Source: Candidatus Eiseniibacteriota bacterium
Lineage (GTDB): Bacteria > Eisenbacteria > RBG-16-71-46 > JABDJR01 > JAWXBZ01
DNA length: 14,710 nt
Assembly: GCA_034440375.1 (NCBI GenBank)
Contig: JAWXBZ010000214.1
Span: 1 to 14,710, forward strand
Direction: 5' to 3'
Shown: positions 13,462 to 14,710 of the stretch, in pieces
Layout of the letters: each line of letters starts with the position of its first letter
Position numbering within the stretch: the stretch's first letter is position 1
Made by a program: the position numbers and the translations under genes
Notes under the pieces: model-generated
Databases searched by the model: none
What the model saw: the letters and a program-made list of their open reading frames with translations, nothing else
What the model was told of the DNA's origin: nothing

Positions 13462-14370
13462 ATGTCCGAAGTTGCGAAAATTCTGGTGACCGGCGCCACC
13501 GGCGCCCAGGGAGGCTCCGTTGCGCGGGCGCTGCTTGCCGACGGCAACTTTGCCGTCCGTGCCCTGAGCCGCAATCCCGATTCCGAAAAAGCGGCAGCCC
13601 TTCGGGCGTCCGGCGCCGAGGTGGTCGGAGGCGATCTCGCCGACCGCGCCAGCATCGAAAAGGCACTGGCTGGTTGTACGGCCTGTTTCGGCGTCACGAA
13701 CTTCTGGGAGCACTTCGAGGCCGAATTCGAGCAGGGCAAAAACCTGGTCGAGGCGGTGGCAGCAACCGGCGTCTCCGACTTCATCTTGAGCACCCTGCCG
13801 CCGGTCGAAAAGGCCACCGATGGCGAACTGAGTGTCCCCCACTTCGACATCAAGGCGGAGCTCGAAACGCTGGCCCGCCGGCTGACGCCCGGGGCTGCAT
13901 TCACCCACGTGGCCTTCTACTACGAGAACTTTCTTTATTTTACACCGCCGCAGAAGCAGGCCGATGGAACCTACGCCTTCGGCTTCCCGCAGGGAGAAAC
14001 AAAGTTGGCCGCCGTGGCGGCCGAAGACCTGGGGGGCGTGGTCACCCCGGTCTTTCGCGATTTTGATTCCTTCCGCGGCCGCGTGATCGGCGTCGTCGGC
14101 GACGACCGACCGCCGGCCGACTACGCCGCCGTTCTCTCCCGCGTCACGGGCGTCAACATCCGCTACAACTTTATCCCGAGGGAAGTCTTCGCCGGTTTCG
14201 GTTTTCCGGGCGCGGATGATCTGGCCAACATGTTCGATTTCAACCGCCGCTTCATTCCGGGTCGCCCGGCCGACCTCCAGATGTCGAAAAAGCTCTATCC
14301 GGCCATTCAGACACTTGACACCTGGGCGGAACGAAACAGGTCGGCGCTGACCGCCCTTGTCACGGGCTAG
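13462..14370 (+). CDS. NmrA/HSCARG-like NAD(P)-binding protein (atypical SDR)
   Basis: ILVTGATGAQGGSVARAL...VRALSRNP, FGVTNFWEH, QGKNL, VPHFDIK, FYYENF, FPGADDLANMF. GGAGG lies 9 nt before ATG 13462; the alternative ATG 13453 overlaps the queG stop. Confidence 0.92.
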   Translation: MSEVAKILVTGATGAQGGSVARALLADGNFAVRALSRNPDSEKAAALRASGAEVVGGDLADRASIEKALAGCTACFGVTNFWEHFEAEFEQGKNLVEAVAATGVSDFILSTLPPVEKATDGELSVPHFDIKAELETLARRLTPGAAFTHVAFYYENFLYFTPPQKQADGTYAFGFPQGETKLAAVAAEDLGGVVTPVFRDFDSFRGRVIGVVGDDRPPADYAAVLSRVTGVNIRYNFIPREVFAGFGFPGADDLANMFDFNRRFIPGRPADLQMSKKLYPAIQTLDTWAERNRSALTALVTG

Positions 14371-14393
14371 CGGCGCGCTTCGCCGCCAGCTCC
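14364..14393. terminator. Hairpin between convergent NmrA and YcaQ-like genes
   Basis: GGGCTAGCGGCG-cgctt-CGCCGCCAGCTCC imperfect stem. No strong U-tract. Confidence 0.4.
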
Positions 14394-14400
14394 CGGTGAA

Positions 14401-14709
14401 TCAACGCCAGACCGGGTCAAGGCTGGCCTGCAGGGCGAAGCGCGTGACCGCCTCGCGGGCCAGTTCGCGGGCTTCGGTGATGGTCGGATTGGTCGAGCCG
14501 CGCACGGCCTCGGGCAGCATCGCATCCCCTTTTTCGGGGTGCCATGATTTCACCCGCAGTCGTCCCGATTTCCTTTCGGCCTTCAGATCGATGCGCCCGA
14601 TCAGCCGTTCGCCGGCCAGCACCGGCAGGCAGTAGTAACCGAACTGCCGCTGCTCGGCCGGCTTGAATATCTCGATCGTCATCCGGAATCCGAAAAGCCG
14701 CTCGACCCG
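14401..14709 (-). CDS. YcaQ/AlkZ-like (HTH_42) crosslink-repair DNA glycosylase, C-terminal part (truncated by window edge)
   Basis: Frame is open to the window edge: RVERLFGFRMTIEIFKPAEQRQFGYYCLPVLAGERLIGRIDLKAER, matching the RLFGF..EI..P..R.YGYY.LP.L....GR.DLKA.R C-terminal signature. Confidence 0.85.
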   Translation of the reverse strand, partial: RVERLFGFRMTIEIFKPAEQRQFGYYCLPVLAGERLIGRIDLKAERKSGRLRVKSWHPEKGDAMLPEAVRGSTNPTITEARELAREAVTRFALQASLDPVWR

Positions 14710-14710
14710 C

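Noticed and set aside
12560-13666. 368-aa minus-strand ORF
   Set aside because: Antisense to queG/nmrA, Arg/Gly-rich, no motif.

Overview
GC-rich bacterial chromosomal segment with 15 supportable CDSs. Two carry FlgD-Ig/T9SS-like C-terminal tails, which suggests an FCB-group candidate lineage such as Ca. Eisenbacteria (inference). In order: 3' part of an atypical SDR; an orphan sorting-tail ORF behind an AT-rich, repeat-rich ~110-bp spacer; polX-PHP (probable CTG start); a divergent, probably leaderless TerC-LON_N-nth operon; a DUF222-like/HNH endonuclease preceded by a 306-bp non-coding leader with a perfect 22-bp palindrome; a minus-strand DUF72 / degenerate radical SAM / secreted endonuclease I run; gdhA, NlpE-like lipoprotein, queG, NmrA-like; and the 3' end of a YcaQ-like glycosylase. 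The best candidate for an undescribed system is the palindrome-associated HNH unit (~5495-6904), with a possibly related degenerate palindrome/MITE-like remnant at ~692-801. No rRNA, tRNA, CRISPR array or transposase was seen. All family calls are from motif recognition by eye; no searches were run.
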